A stretch of 28,089 nt of DNA from a virus. Its lineage: Duplodnaviria; Caudoviricetes. Numbering within the stretch: position 1 is the stretch's first letter; each line of letters begins with the position of its first letter. Positions 1 through 9,393 of this stretch are shown here, one piece after another. The DNA lies in the IMG/VR virus record IMGVR_UViG_3300042997_000382, positions 1-28,089 of that record. One strand, written 5' to 3'. The notes under the pieces were generated by a model that was not told the origin of the DNA, did not search any database, and saw nothing but the letters and a program-made list of their open reading frames with translations. The position numbers were made by a program, and so were the translations under genes.

Positions 1-125
1 ACGTTCTGCCAGTCAGCGGCAAAAAGGTTAAAGCCTTGCGACGCGCCTAAAGCAAGAACGATCGCCTGCGCTGCGGATTTAAGAGCGCGTTCGATTGCGT
101 CGCGTAGCCATTGAATATTGAACAT
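1..125 (-). CDS. Holin, 5' part only (variant copy of 27717-27944, cut by the window edge)
   Basis: ATG at 125: MFNIQWLRDAIERALKSAAQAIVLALGASQGFNLFAADWQN; differs from the right copy by D>N and S>A. Confidence 0.85.
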   Translation of the reverse strand, partial: MFNIQWLRDAIERALKSAAQAIVLALGASQGFNLFAADWQN

Positions 126-241
126 TAGTTTTCTCCGGGTGTAGTTAAGGGTACTGCGGGTTCGTCTTCGTATTCGCGTTCGTCGTCGTCTAGATCGTCG
201 TCTAGGTCCCATTCAGGATGCGGAAACGTTATTACTGCCAT
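125..241 (-). CDS. 38-aa highly acidic peptide (not in ORF track)
   Basis: MAVITFPHPEWDLDDDLDDDEREYEDEPAVPLTTPGEN; GGAGG 7 nt upstream; TAATG overlap with holin start; the only difference between the two copies (143) is synonymous. Confidence 0.65.
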   Translation of the reverse strand: MAVITFPHPEWDLDDDLDDDEREYEDEPAVPLTTPGEN

Positions 242-479
242 CGTCTAACCTCCATCGGTAAGCGTTCGTAAGATGTACGGAAAGCCATAGAAGCGACAAC
301 GCTACGAAACCGTAACGCGGCCCGGTCGTAAGCGAATAGGTAAGCCACGGTAGCGACATACAAGCCGCGACAATAAGCCATCCGTACCAGCGTTTACGTT
401 TGCCGACGAGCTGAGACATAGCGAATAAGCCGACCAGCTCAAAAGCGAACAGTAGCCACGGCCACGTTTCTTCGGTCAT
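213..479 (-). CDS. PnuC-like small membrane protein (about 3 TM helices)
   Basis: Start moved to MTEETWPW (ATGA overlap with upstream stop). Pattern W.WLL...LVGKRKRWYGWLI...PWLTY...YGF...N.YRW resembles phage PnuC-like nicotinamide riboside transporter proteins. Confidence 0.6.
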   Translation of the reverse strand: MTEETWPWLLFAFELVGLFAMSQLVGKRKRWYGWLIVAACMSLPWLTYSLTTGPRYGFVALSLLWLSVHLTNAYRWRLDDGSNNVSAS

Positions 480-826
480 TCGTCGTAGTCGTCGTCGGGT
501 TCTGTATCGTCTTCGGGTTCGTAGATCATAATTCCCCATAGGACTTCGGCGTAACCGGCTAGGTCTACGATCGAGTCGCGCACTAGTTCGGCCGGGTGCA
601 TTTGCTCTAGACCGTAGGCAATGCGCGACAACTTAACCGCCGCCATAAAAAGCGCGCCTTCCTCCGGCGTCATTTCAATACCGGTAACTGCGCGGAAGAT
701 ATCTACCGTACGGCCGTAGTCGATTGCGGGATGCGAATACACGTACTGCCGGTCGCCGTACACGAGCTTATGCGCATCGGCCGTGATCGAGTCCCACTTA
801 ATCGTTTCGGGTTCCTGCGTACCCAT
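476..826 (-). CDS. DUF6378-like protein (all-alpha NTP pyrophosphohydrolase-like)
   Basis: A..LVYGDRQ..YSHP..DY.R ... M..VKLSR ... DSIVDLAGYA signature; acidic tail. Confidence 0.75.
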   Translation of the reverse strand: MGTQEPETIKWDSITADAHKLVYGDRQYVYSHPAIDYGRTVDIFRAVTGIEMTPEEGALFMAAVKLSRIAYGLEQMHPAELVRDSIVDLAGYAEVLWGIMIYEPEDDTEPDDDYDE

Positions 827-829
827 TGC

Positions 830-1906
830 CTACCATCCCTCTTTTTTACGGTCCGCGACCATGACCGGCGCGGAAAGTGTTATACCGCGCTCCGGTGTAA
901 CTAACCATAAAGCTTGCTGAGCTTGCTCCGGTCGGAAGTTACATACGGCCGCGTATTCGTCGTAGCCTTTAAGCGAACCGTTAACTATTAGACCTTGCTC
1001 CGGTGCGCTTATTAGTTGGTGCCAGTGGCCCATGACCATAGTGTCAAAGGTTCGCCCTTCGGCCGCGTAGCGTTGCGCCTTACGCGCAGACATTCGCATA
1101 ATCGGAGACCATATACCGCCGATACCGCCGCCTCCCGTGGTCTGGTCGCCATGCGTTAGAAGATGCGTTACACCGTAAACCGGTACCCACGCGTCGGTTC
1201 CGTCGGGAATATCAAACGTTATAGAGTCGCTGCGTAACTGTCGGGCGAGCATATGCCCTAACAGATAGTCGAGATTATCGCGGGCGCGTTGTTTCGTTCG
1301 CGGCTTGCGCGTCAGGCGACCGTGATTACCGACCACTACGGGTACGTGAAGCTTGCCGAATTCGTCTGCGATTAGTTGTAAAGCTGCGGCTAACTGTTCT
1401 GACCAGTAGAGCAGAGAACCGAAAATAGTGTCTTCGTTTGTTTCTGCGAGGTCGTGCAGGTTGCCGGTAAACATATCGCCGCCGAGCATCACTACCGCAC
1501 CGTCATAGGTGACGCCGGTTAGGTAATGCCTAGCTAGTTTTATAACGCCTTCCGCCCAACGTTCGAGCCGTTGCGTAGCTATGACCCGGTTATAGGCGTT
1601 CAGTCCGCCGACTTCGTGCGGGTTTACTACCTCGTCGAAATGAGTGTCGGAAAGCACCGCGACTAGTGTCGCGTGATGACCGCTACGCGGTTTCTTAGGT
1701 GCCAGCCATTTAGGCGGGCGCGTGTCCGCTGCGGTTATTGCGTCGTGAAAATCTAGTAGCCGCGTTAGTTCTTCCGTCTTTGCTTCGGACTGGTCTAACT
1801 GACGGCGTAGCGTTGAATTGTCGCGGCGTAGTTTCGCGTTGCGTCGTGCGATCGCGTCTACGTCTAGTGCTACTTCTTCTTCGTCTAGTTCGTCCCTAAA
1901 CGCCAC
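830..1906 (-). CDS. Calcineurin-like metallophosphoesterase with N-terminal coiled coil
   Basis: Metal-binding motifs SDTH, GGDMF, GNHGR, THGD, GHWH, plus NGSLKGYDEY. Confidence 0.9.
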   Translation of the reverse strand: MAFRDELDEEEVALDVDAIARRNAKLRRDNSTLRRQLDQSEAKTEELTRLLDFHDAITAADTRPPKWLAPKKPRSGHHATLVAVLSDTHFDEVVNPHEVGGLNAYNRVIATQRLERWAEGVIKLARHYLTGVTYDGAVVMLGGDMFTGNLHDLAETNEDTIFGSLLYWSEQLAAALQLIADEFGKLHVPVVVGNHGRLTRKPRTKQRARDNLDYLLGHMLARQLRSDSITFDIPDGTDAWVPVYGVTHLLTHGDQTTGGGGIGGIWSPIMRMSARKAQRYAAEGRTFDTMVMGHWHQLISAPEQGLIVNGSLKGYDEYAAVCNFRPEQAQQALWLVTPERGITLSAPVMVADRKKEGW

Positions 1907-2120
1907 AACGTAACCGGTGCTTTCTAACTGCGTTGCCGGAGATATCTAGCCCGCGGTTATTCATTGCGCGTACGATCGGTTCCGTAGGTATTGCTTTATC
2001 TGCGAGTACGGTAGCGATTTCTGCGGCTTCGTTAGGGTCTAACTGTTCGAGAAGTACGCACGTCCGGCAGCGTTGCCCGGTTCCGCGGTTCTCTTTTTTT
2101 ACTTCGTCTGCAAAGCTCAT
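1896..2120 (-). CDS. Small putative Zn-binding / HTH-like protein
   Basis: Start MSFADEV with AAGGGGA RBS at 2125-2131; CxxC near the N-terminus and HxxxC at the C-terminus; overlaps the phosphoesterase start. Confidence 0.65.
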   Translation of the reverse strand: MSFADEVKKENRGTGQRCRTCVLLEQLDPNEAAEIATVLADKAIPTEPIVRAMNNRGLDISGNAVRKHRLRCGV

Positions 2121-2140
2121 ACCGTCCCCTTTCGGCGGCT

Positions 2141-2458
2141 TCACCATTTACGGCGGCCGCGGTGGTGAATGTTCTCGTGCCTATGTAGCTCGTCTGTAAC
2201 TGCGTCGAAACGTGCGTCTACTTTGTCGTCTATTTTGTTTACTGACTTGTGCAGGTCTAGGAGTCGGTCGCGTACGTCGGTTACGAGTGCGCGCCCTTCG
2301 GCGTGTTGCGTTGTGTTCTCACGGCGTAGGCGTACTAGTTGTACGATTGCGCCGACGACCGCGCCGAGCGCAAGCGTTAATACTGTTACTATTCCGATCC
2401 ATTCGGCCACGCCGAAACCCGGACCGTCTACTATCGTTGTCGAAGCTTGCGCGAGCAT
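2141..2458 (-). CDS. Single-TM membrane protein with coiled coil, lysis-associated (holin/antiholin-like)
   Basis: Hydrophobic WIGIVTVLTLALGAVVGAIV, heptad region, basic tail; directly follows the endolysin. Confidence 0.65.
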   Translation of the reverse strand: MLAQASTTIVDGPGFGVAEWIGIVTVLTLALGAVVGAIVQLVRLRRENTTQHAEGRALVTDVRDRLLDLHKSVNKIDDKVDARFDAVTDELHRHENIHHRGRRKW

Positions 2459-2462
2459 GGCA

Positions 2463-3335
2463 CTACGCGACTAGTGCGCGAAGATCGTTTACGCGGAACC
2501 AGTCGCACCACGGCCCGGCGGACGGTGCCGCTTGCCATGATCCCCAAAGCTCACCCATAGCGGCGAGCGTGACACAAAGCCGACCGTCGGCGGCGTATTC
2601 GGCTACAAGGTTTGACCCTGCGATACCCGGTTTAAGTTCCATCCACGGGCCAATCGGGCCGCCGGGTGTACCCGACCAGCAAGACACAACTTGCCCGCCG
2701 TCGGTGAGCGCTATAAATTCGTCGCGCTTGTCTGTATTAACCATATGGAACATATCGGTATCTTTCGTAGAAATCGGTCCCGGTGTCGGCGTTGCCGTAC
2801 GGATTGCGTTTACTAGTTGCTGGTCAAACGTCGCGCGGTCCGGGTGTCGGCTCCACGCGTCGGAACGGTCGGCCGGTTGAACGGTGCCGTGGCAGAACAG
2901 ACCGACGCGGTTAAGTGCGTCCGTTCCTACCCATTGCGCAGCGGCGTTTACGTCAATGCCTAGCGACTGCCATAGTTCGCGGATAGCTGAACCGGCGCGC
3001 GTAATCATTGCTTGCGTATTCGGGTCGTTAGGGGAAAGGTCCGCCGAGCGGCCCGCTAAACAGATATGCCACGTACGCGAATTGTAGCCAGCACTAGCTA
3101 CGCTGAACGTCGTAAAATCCGGTGGCACAAGGTAAACGGTTTCGTCGCTGTCAACGATTGCCGCATACGATCCCGGATCGGTACGCCGCGCAATATACGC
3201 CGCTAACGCGCGTGCGCTACCCGGCCCGGTTGAGCCTTCGGAAGTGTGAACCCCTACCGCCCACGTCGGACTAGCGTTTCGCGACGTATAAAACTGTCGC
3301 GACTTAGGCGGATTATCTAACAGGTAGTAGGTCAT
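2463..3335 (-). CDS. Endolysin, Zn-dependent N-acetylmuramoyl-L-alanine amidase (Amidase_2-like) with Trp-rich C-terminal domain
   Basis: HTSEG, SYAAIVD, HICLAG, HGTV..RSD motifs; Pro/Thr linker; lies after the tail genes. Confidence 0.85.
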   Translation of the reverse strand: MTYYLLDNPPKSRQFYTSRNASPTWAVGVHTSEGSTGPGSARALAAYIARRTDPGSYAAIVDSDETVYLVPPDFTTFSVASAGYNSRTWHICLAGRSADLSPNDPNTQAMITRAGSAIRELWQSLGIDVNAAAQWVGTDALNRVGLFCHGTVQPADRSDAWSRHPDRATFDQQLVNAIRTATPTPGPISTKDTDMFHMVNTDKRDEFIALTDGGQVVSCWSGTPGGPIGPWMELKPGIAGSNLVAEYAADGRLCVTLAAMGELWGSWQAAPSAGPWCDWFRVNDLRALVA

Positions 3336-3341
3336 AGGTTC

Positions 3342-3818
3342 CTAGAACGTTTGAACAATTAGTGAGCGACTCGAAAAGTTTACGTTACCGCCGGTTGAGC
3401 GATATTTAAGAATAAACGTATGCGGACCCGCGGTTAAACCCGTAATGACGCGCGAGCTAAAAACGTTCGCGGCGATCGGTGAAGACGCATTAGAAAGCCC
3501 GACGATACTTGCCCTTATAATCCCGTCAATATATAAGTTAACAAAGGCGGTTTGAGACGTTGTTTCTAACCCAATGTACGCGCCCGCGGAAACCAAAACG
3601 CGGCCCGTCTGCGTAACGTTAATAGTTACAGTCGGCCCCGCCGTCGGTGTCGAGTCAACGTCCACGGTAGAAGACGTAGTAAACGTCGCGTTAATTTCTG
3701 CAAACTGCCACGGTTGCGTAGTGTCTTGCGCGCGCGGTGCGGTTTCGAGCGCACGAATACGCGATTCCATACCACGAATATAAGTAGATAAATCTTCGGG
3801 TAGCGGAATGTCCGGCAT
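3342..3818 (-). CDS. Minor tail protein
   Basis: N-terminal RIRALETAP coil and beta-rich C-terminus (ITGLTAGPHTFILKY); position in tail module. Confidence 0.7.
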   Translation of the reverse strand: MPDIPLPEDLSTYIRGMESRIRALETAPRAQDTTQPWQFAEINATFTTSSTVDVDSTPTAGPTVTINVTQTGRVLVSAGAYIGLETTSQTAFVNLYIDGIIRASIVGLSNASSPIAANVFSSRVITGLTAGPHTFILKYRSTGGNVNFSSRSLIVQTF

Positions 3819-4960
3819 TAGTTAGGTTCCTCTCCCAAGATTAACGAAACCGCTTCGGTTCCTTCGTCGTCTACGCTAACGTTCCACCCGACTATTCTAC
3901 GGTACTGGTCGAGACCATCCGGGAAACGTGGCGAAAGGTTCGGCGGGATAATCAAACGGCACGCGTCGCCCGTAATGTACGAACCGAAAACCGGGTCTAG
4001 GTCTGCGCGTACCGTGATTTCCGGTAGCACGACCGGCGTAGCTACTGCCGTGATACGTCCGGCGGTAAGCGCGTCTAGTTGTGTTTGCCCGTCAGTACCG
4101 CGCGTACGTTTAGAAGCGGTCACTTCCTCTAGTAGCGGATAGCCGGGACCGCCTGACGTGCCGGGCAGAATTTGGAACGTATCAGCGGCGGAGCTAATAA
4201 GCATCGCGTCGCCTTCGCCGTTGCCGGTCGCCCATACTTTATTTGCTACGCGGGTACCGTCGGACGGCCACGTAAATTCGGTTACGTTGCGACCTACTTC
4301 GAATACGTGACCGGATCGGGAGAAGTTACGGCCGCGACGCGGATAGGAAAGAGTTAACGTTTTGTCTACGGTGCCGCCGCTATTCCATGCGTACGAATAG
4401 TCATACTCAAAACCGGCGTCGGCTTTCGCTAGTTCCTCGATTACGTCGCCTACGGTCTGTAGTTCGTAGCGGTCTAGTTCTAACGTTACCGGCGGCTCTG
4501 TAAACGTTGGGGCTATTTCGCGTACTACCGTTACGTTTACGTTTCCGCCTTGCGCAGCTTGCGCCGTCGTTATGACAGTCTGCGCGATCGTAGTCGCGGT
4601 AGATGCGGTAAAGGTTTGGTCGTAGTTTACGATCCGTCGCCGCCAGTACGAACCATCATCGGAAGCGCGTACGTCTCGGGACTGGTCGCTATCGTTGTAG
4701 GCCGCTACCCAAATAATACCGCACCACACGATAACGCCGTCGCGCTCGATAATGAGCATACGCCGGGCTTCGTCTACAGCATCGTTTAGAAGTGTCGCTA
4801 GCGCGCGGTTTGTTTCGCTATTAGGTGCCGGTAGTGCGAGCTTGCCGGATGCTTGACCTACGTCGTTTAGGCGTGCGCCGAAACTGAGACCGGCTAACGG
4901 TAACTCGGTTATGCGCGTACCGGTTCGAAGGTCCGCGGCTATACAACGGTATTCGGCCAT
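3818..4960 (-). CDS. Minor tail / baseplate hub protein (Gp37-like siphovirus Tal)
   Basis: LNDVGQAS..L, IERDGVIVWCGII, YITGD..RIVGW pattern typical of actinophage hub proteins; position. Confidence 0.75.
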   Translation of the reverse strand: MAEYRCIAADLRTGTRITELPLAGLSFGARLNDVGQASGKLALPAPNSETNRALATLLNDAVDEARRMLIIERDGVIVWCGIIWVAAYNDSDQSRDVRASDDGSYWRRRIVNYDQTFTASTATTIAQTVITTAQAAQGGNVNVTVVREIAPTFTEPPVTLELDRYELQTVGDVIEELAKADAGFEYDYSYAWNSGGTVDKTLTLSYPRRGRNFSRSGHVFEVGRNVTEFTWPSDGTRVANKVWATGNGEGDAMLISSAADTFQILPGTSGGPGYPLLEEVTASKRTRGTDGQTQLDALTAGRITAVATPVVLPEITVRADLDPVFGSYITGDACRLIIPPNLSPRFPDGLDQYRRIVGWNVSVDDEGTEAVSLILGEEPN

Positions 4961-4962
4961 AG

Positions 4963-6105
4963 TTAGACGCGCGCGCCGCCGATCAAGTAGGCGCTCAACT
5001 GCGGCGCGATCGGGTCGATGTTGTTGGGAATAGCTACGGTGTCAAGTAGACGTGCGGTGCCCGTTGAATGGTAGGTAAATAATTCAATATAATCACCGGC
5101 GGCAAGCGGCAACGTTGCAGAAATCGCTACTGGTGCGAATGTGGTGGTCACACCCATCATTCGCGTAACTGCAGCTCCGTTTACGTAAATACCGACAATA
5201 GGGTTAGTAACCGAAGAAGAATCGTAGCGAATGTACCCGTTAACGGCGTACATTCCGCCAAGACCGGCCGGGATAGTAATACGCGAAATGTTTGTTGCCG
5301 TAGAATGGTAATTGTCGGAATCGTAAAACTCATAGTTAAGCGCGATTACGGTAGGAGTTACGTTGTTTATTGCTTGCTGGAGTGTATGGCCGAGGTGGAC
5401 GCCATGCGTGCGCGAAATGCTAGGAAGATCACGCCACGCCGTACCGTCGTAACTCATAAACCGGTTCGTAGTACCGGTGACAATTTGCACATTTTGCCCT
5501 GCATAGGGAACCGGTATAAATTGGTCGCGTTGCGTAGTTGAGCCGAAGGCGGGACACGCGTTTAGAATATTCGCCATAGTCCGAAGGTCGGTAATATCCG
5601 CGGTGTTAATAGCAGTATCGCCAGCCGCAACCGTGATACGTGCAAGAACCAGCGCATTAGGAAACGAAGCTAACGAAGGGTCTGCGGGAGACGCCGCCGG
5701 AGTACCAGTAACAACGGTAATACGCGCATCGTTCGTAGCACCCGAATAAAACGCGTCGCGAACCTGAGCAATAACTAAATCCCTACGACCGTTCGTAGCA
5801 TCAGCCGCCGAGATCGAAAGGTTAACGGTGCCGTCGTTCCATACATGATACGCACCCTGATTAGCGTTCTGCGTGCCACGAATAAACGCGCCACCCGCCG
5901 CAACGTTAACCGACATATTCGGCGTACCGTTCTGCGTAACCGCAAAATCGGCACCACGAGCCACGCCATGCGCCGGGTCACTCGACGCGACACCACCCGC
6001 AAACGAACCAGTAGCCGCGCCCAACATACCGCCAAGCATTAACCGCGTTTCCTCGGCCGGATGCGAACCCGCCTGCAAAAAGATAGGGACACTACGAACA
6101 GTCAT
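4963..6105 (-). CDS. Tail fibre / receptor-binding minor tail protein with C1q-like C-terminal head
   Basis: N-terminal MSVNVAAGGA..RRDLVIA..LARITV..ITDLR virion-attachment domain; C-terminal RITIPAG.GGMY ... LAAGDYIELF. Confidence 0.75.
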   Translation of the reverse strand: MTVRSVPIFLQAGSHPAEETRLMLGGMLGAATGSFAGGVASSDPAHGVARGADFAVTQNGTPNMSVNVAAGGAFIRGTQNANQGAYHVWNDGTVNLSISAADATNGRRDLVIAQVRDAFYSGATNDARITVVTGTPAASPADPSLASFPNALVLARITVAAGDTAINTADITDLRTMANILNACPAFGSTTQRDQFIPVPYAGQNVQIVTGTTNRFMSYDGTAWRDLPSISRTHGVHLGHTLQQAINNVTPTVIALNYEFYDSDNYHSTATNISRITIPAGLGGMYAVNGYIRYDSSSVTNPIVGIYVNGAAVTRMMGVTTTFAPVAISATLPLAAGDYIELFTYHSTGTARLLDTVAIPNNIDPIAPQLSAYLIGGARV

Positions 6106-6117
6106 AACAAAACCTTT

Positions 6118-6969
6118 CTAAACCCACGCAGAGCGGAAGGTAAACGAGACAGAACCGGAACCGGAAGTACCAGCAAGACGAACCGTATTAGCACCCGGTG
6201 CAAGGTCCCACCATGAGGAACCCACGACCAGCGACGAATAACGCGAAGCCGTACCGTTAAGCAATACCGAACGGTCAAGCGACGAAACGACTAGCGTTTG
6301 CCCTGCGCCTACTGAAATAGTAAACGCTATAGCCTGTCCGGTCGTCACGTTCTCTAGGACCGGGTTAACGATGGGACCGGCAATAGTCGCGACCCACGGC
6401 GCGGCAAACTCTCCGGCGTTAGTAGCGACAAACTGCCCGCCAGTAACCGCACCGCCAAACGAAAGCGGAAACGTAATAGGGAACACTAAACCGGTACCGG
6501 AAACCGAAGCCTGCGAAACGGATTGCGTAGTAGCCGCCTGCGAATAAATACGCGGGTCAGTCGCCCAAAACTCGACGGCCGCGGAACCATGCCCGAAGAA
6601 ATACGAACGATCCACCGGCAACGATAAACGCCGCACCCGCGCCCCAACCTCGATAGAGATACCGCCCGCTACGCCGGGAATTTGAAACACTAGCGGCAAC
6701 TCATCACCCTGACCGGGAACAAGCGCACGAGAAAAATCTGACCATACCGTTTCGTCCGGATGCGCTGCGACTACCTCGACCTGCGCCATAAGAGAACGCC
6801 CGCCGAGAAGATCAGTACCGGCGAATAGCCCGTGAGCGCGCGCCCGGATTTGGTCGCTAGTGCGCACCTCGGGCGAGTCATGCAACCCGGTTAGCTGCGT
6901 AATCTGATACGGCGAACCGTCGCCGCCGATCGTTAAACCGTTATACGTAAACGTCCAGTCGCTAGGCAT
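6118..6969 (-). CDS. Distal tail protein (Dit)
   Basis: Immediately after tape measure (TGATG overlap, start MPSDWTF); FWATDPRIY, FPITFPLSF, WWDLAPGAN, FRSAW motifs. Confidence 0.85.
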   Translation of the reverse strand: MPSDWTFTYNGLTIGGDGSPYQITQLTGLHDSPEVRTSDQIRARAHGLFAGTDLLGGRSLMAQVEVVAAHPDETVWSDFSRALVPGQGDELPLVFQIPGVAGGISIEVGARVRRLSLPVDRSYFFGHGSAAVEFWATDPRIYSQAATTQSVSQASVSGTGLVFPITFPLSFGGAVTGGQFVATNAGEFAAPWVATIAGPIVNPVLENVTTGQAIAFTISVGAGQTLVVSSLDRSVLLNGTASRYSSLVVGSSWWDLAPGANTVRLAGTSGSGSVSFTFRSAWV

Positions 6970-9389
6970 CAGCCCGCCACCTTCGTAGCCCATAGAACTT
7001 CTTTACCGATTTCGTACGGTGAGGCTTGCGCGTTAGTTACGTACACGTTTACCGTTCCGCCGCCCATTGCGTCGCCGCCCATCATTCGTTTCGTGTCCGG
7101 GTTTGAGAAGATACGAACACTAGAACCGACTTTATAGCCAAGCTCGGGACCGCGTTCGCCAACGATAAACGGACCGTCCCCGACCATACCGCCAGTCGCG
7201 AACGTGGGAATTCTGAATTCTGCACCTGCAATAAGCGCGCCGACGCCCGTGTATTTTACCCAATCGGGGACTTTGAACCCGAAGCCGCCGATGGTGCTAT
7301 TCCAAAGATTCTTAATTCCGTTAAACGCCGCTTCAAACGGTGCGGTAATTGCGTTACTGATACCAGTAAACACGGTAGAGATAACATCCTTTGCGGTTTG
7401 GAAGAATCCCCACACGCTAGCGATACCTGACTTTATGCTTTCGAAAGCGCCTGAGATTCGAGACCACGCCGAACCGATAGCACCGCTAATCGCATCCCAC
7501 ACGGTACTAACAACGGTCCACAAAAGTTGGTAGTACGGAATCAAAATCTTTTCGATATACCAGTAAATAGCATCCCAAATAGGTTTAATTACATTGTTCC
7601 ACGTTGACATCACTATGCTGGCGATACTCTCGAAAATGGTTTTTGCAACATTAAAAAGTAGCGTGTAATACGGAATAAGAATTTTTGTGATGTAGAAAAC
7701 GATTGCGTCGAATACGTGACTGATAACGTTTTCCCATGCGTACGAAATTACTTGCTGAATAATTTTAAACGCATTGTCAACTACGTTTCGGAAACTCTCG
7801 ACGTTTTTGTAGGCGTAAACCAAACCGCCGACAAGCGCAGCAATAGCAATTACTACGAGCATGATCGGGTTTGCTGACATAACCGCATTCAGAACCGCGG
7901 TAGCAACTGCAACCGTTTTCGAAACAACGGACACCGCCAGTAGATAACCTTTGTAAAGAAGGAAAGCAGTAGCCAAAGTACCGACGAACGGAATGATAAA
8001 CGCGATCCTCTCTTGTAAAAACTTTACGCCTTCAATAGCAGCGTTAAACGCGCTACGCGCAAAATTGCCGATGCGCTCAAAAGTTCCGGCAAGACCTGAC
8101 GAAGTAACGTCACCATTGCCAGCCATAAACGCCGCAAAAAATGCTTTTACAGAACCTACGATTTCAATAAAAATCGGCTTTACCGTCTCGTATACATCGC
8201 GTGCCACTAGGCCGATGCGCTCGAATACGCCAGCGAGACCCGACGAAGTAACGTCACCGTCGCCAGCTTTGAACGCTGCAAACATTGCTTTAATTGAACC
8301 GGCAACTTCCAAAATGATAGGTGCAATTTTTGCGCCGATGTCAATTAGTGCGACAGAAGCGAAAGCTTTAAACTTGTCGATAACCGGTCCAAGTCCCGTA
8401 TTCATTTGTTCAAAAGCTGCGTCGGTAGCTCCGCCGGATTCGGCCATAGCCGCAAGGTTCTTTGTAAAAGTTTCGGTACCTTTACCAGTCAACGCCAACG
8501 CTGCGCCGCCCGCTTCGACAGAACCGAAAAGATCGTTAATCCCTACGTTCGTTGTCCCGGCGTATTTTTCCAACATTGCTAAAGCTTGCTGAGTATTGCC
8601 GCCGCCCGCGATAAATTCTTTAAACGACTTGCCCGAAATCTTGCTAAATACGTCAGAAGTTTTAGTTCCCTCTTTCGAAAGTTCTACAAACAAGCCGCGA
8701 AGCTGCGTTGTAGCTACTGACGTAGGAACACCCTGCGCAGTCATTGAAGCAAGCGCCGCGGTTACGTCGCCAAACTTTACGCCGAGCGCCGCCGCCGTCG
8801 GTGTCACTTGGAAAAGCGACGCGCTCATTTCCTCAAACGTTGTCTTACCCATACGAACCGCGGTAAACATTAAATCGGACGCTTGCGTAGCCGAAAGAAC
8901 ATCAGACCCGTACGCATTCATAACCGACGAAATACCGTTAACGGAAACCGTTAGATCGGTAACGCCACCCTTCGCGGCTTTCTGCGCTACCTCCAAAAAC
9001 TCAAATACGTTTTCTTTTGGAACGCCAGCCGAGAGAGCCTGATATAGAGCCGGGACTACCTTGTCGGGAAGTACGCCGAATTCAGTTGAAAAGTTTTTTA
9101 CGTCCTTAGTCATTGCGTCCATTGCCTCTTTTGAGGTTCCGGGAATAAGGGTGAAAACTTCATTCATAGAGCGCTCGAAATCAGCGAACGCTATAACGCC
9201 TTTTCCGATTGCCGCAACGCCGACCGCAACGCCGGCAATAGCGCCAACCTTCACGGCGCTACCTATTGTGTCTCCAAATTTAGAAAGTTTGTTTTGCGTG
9301 TTATCGGCGGCGTCGTCAACTTGCTTAAACGTTTTTGAAGCGCTTTTGTCTTCGCCGGTGAAAACAACCGAAAGGTATTTAGTAGTCAT
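6969..9389 (-). CDS. Tape measure protein (TP901-type core)
   Basis: 806 aa, Ala/Gly-rich; LYQALSAG, AVRMGKTTFEEM, ATTQLR core; Trp-periodic C-terminal repeats; FATGG near the end. Confidence 0.95.
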   Translation of the reverse strand: MTTKYLSVVFTGEDKSASKTFKQVDDAADNTQNKLSKFGDTIGSAVKVGAIAGVAVGVAAIGKGVIAFADFERSMNEVFTLIPGTSKEAMDAMTKDVKNFSTEFGVLPDKVVPALYQALSAGVPKENVFEFLEVAQKAAKGGVTDLTVSVNGISSVMNAYGSDVLSATQASDLMFTAVRMGKTTFEEMSASLFQVTPTAAALGVKFGDVTAALASMTAQGVPTSVATTQLRGLFVELSKEGTKTSDVFSKISGKSFKEFIAGGGNTQQALAMLEKYAGTTNVGINDLFGSVEAGGAALALTGKGTETFTKNLAAMAESGGATDAAFEQMNTGLGPVIDKFKAFASVALIDIGAKIAPIILEVAGSIKAMFAAFKAGDGDVTSSGLAGVFERIGLVARDVYETVKPIFIEIVGSVKAFFAAFMAGNGDVTSSGLAGTFERIGNFARSAFNAAIEGVKFLQERIAFIIPFVGTLATAFLLYKGYLLAVSVVSKTVAVATAVLNAVMSANPIMLVVIAIAALVGGLVYAYKNVESFRNVVDNAFKIIQQVISYAWENVISHVFDAIVFYITKILIPYYTLLFNVAKTIFESIASIVMSTWNNVIKPIWDAIYWYIEKILIPYYQLLWTVVSTVWDAISGAIGSAWSRISGAFESIKSGIASVWGFFQTAKDVISTVFTGISNAITAPFEAAFNGIKNLWNSTIGGFGFKVPDWVKYTGVGALIAGAEFRIPTFATGGMVGDGPFIVGERGPELGYKVGSSVRIFSNPDTKRMMGGDAMGGGTVNVYVTNAQASPYEIGKEVLWATKVAG

Positions 9390-9393
9390 TTTA

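Larger units (their letters stand above)
1..270. repeat. Left copy of 270-bp imperfect terminal direct repeat (circular assembly overlap)
   Basis: Aligns ungapped to 27820-28089 with 15 substitutions (positions 18,20,21,24,29,30,33,51,54,57,66,72,84,120,143); 144-270 is identical. Confidence 0.95.

Noticed and set aside
1-270. Imperfect repeat as a DGR template/variable pair
   Set aside because: Differences are mostly synonymous, not confined to adenines of one copy, and no reverse transcriptase is present.
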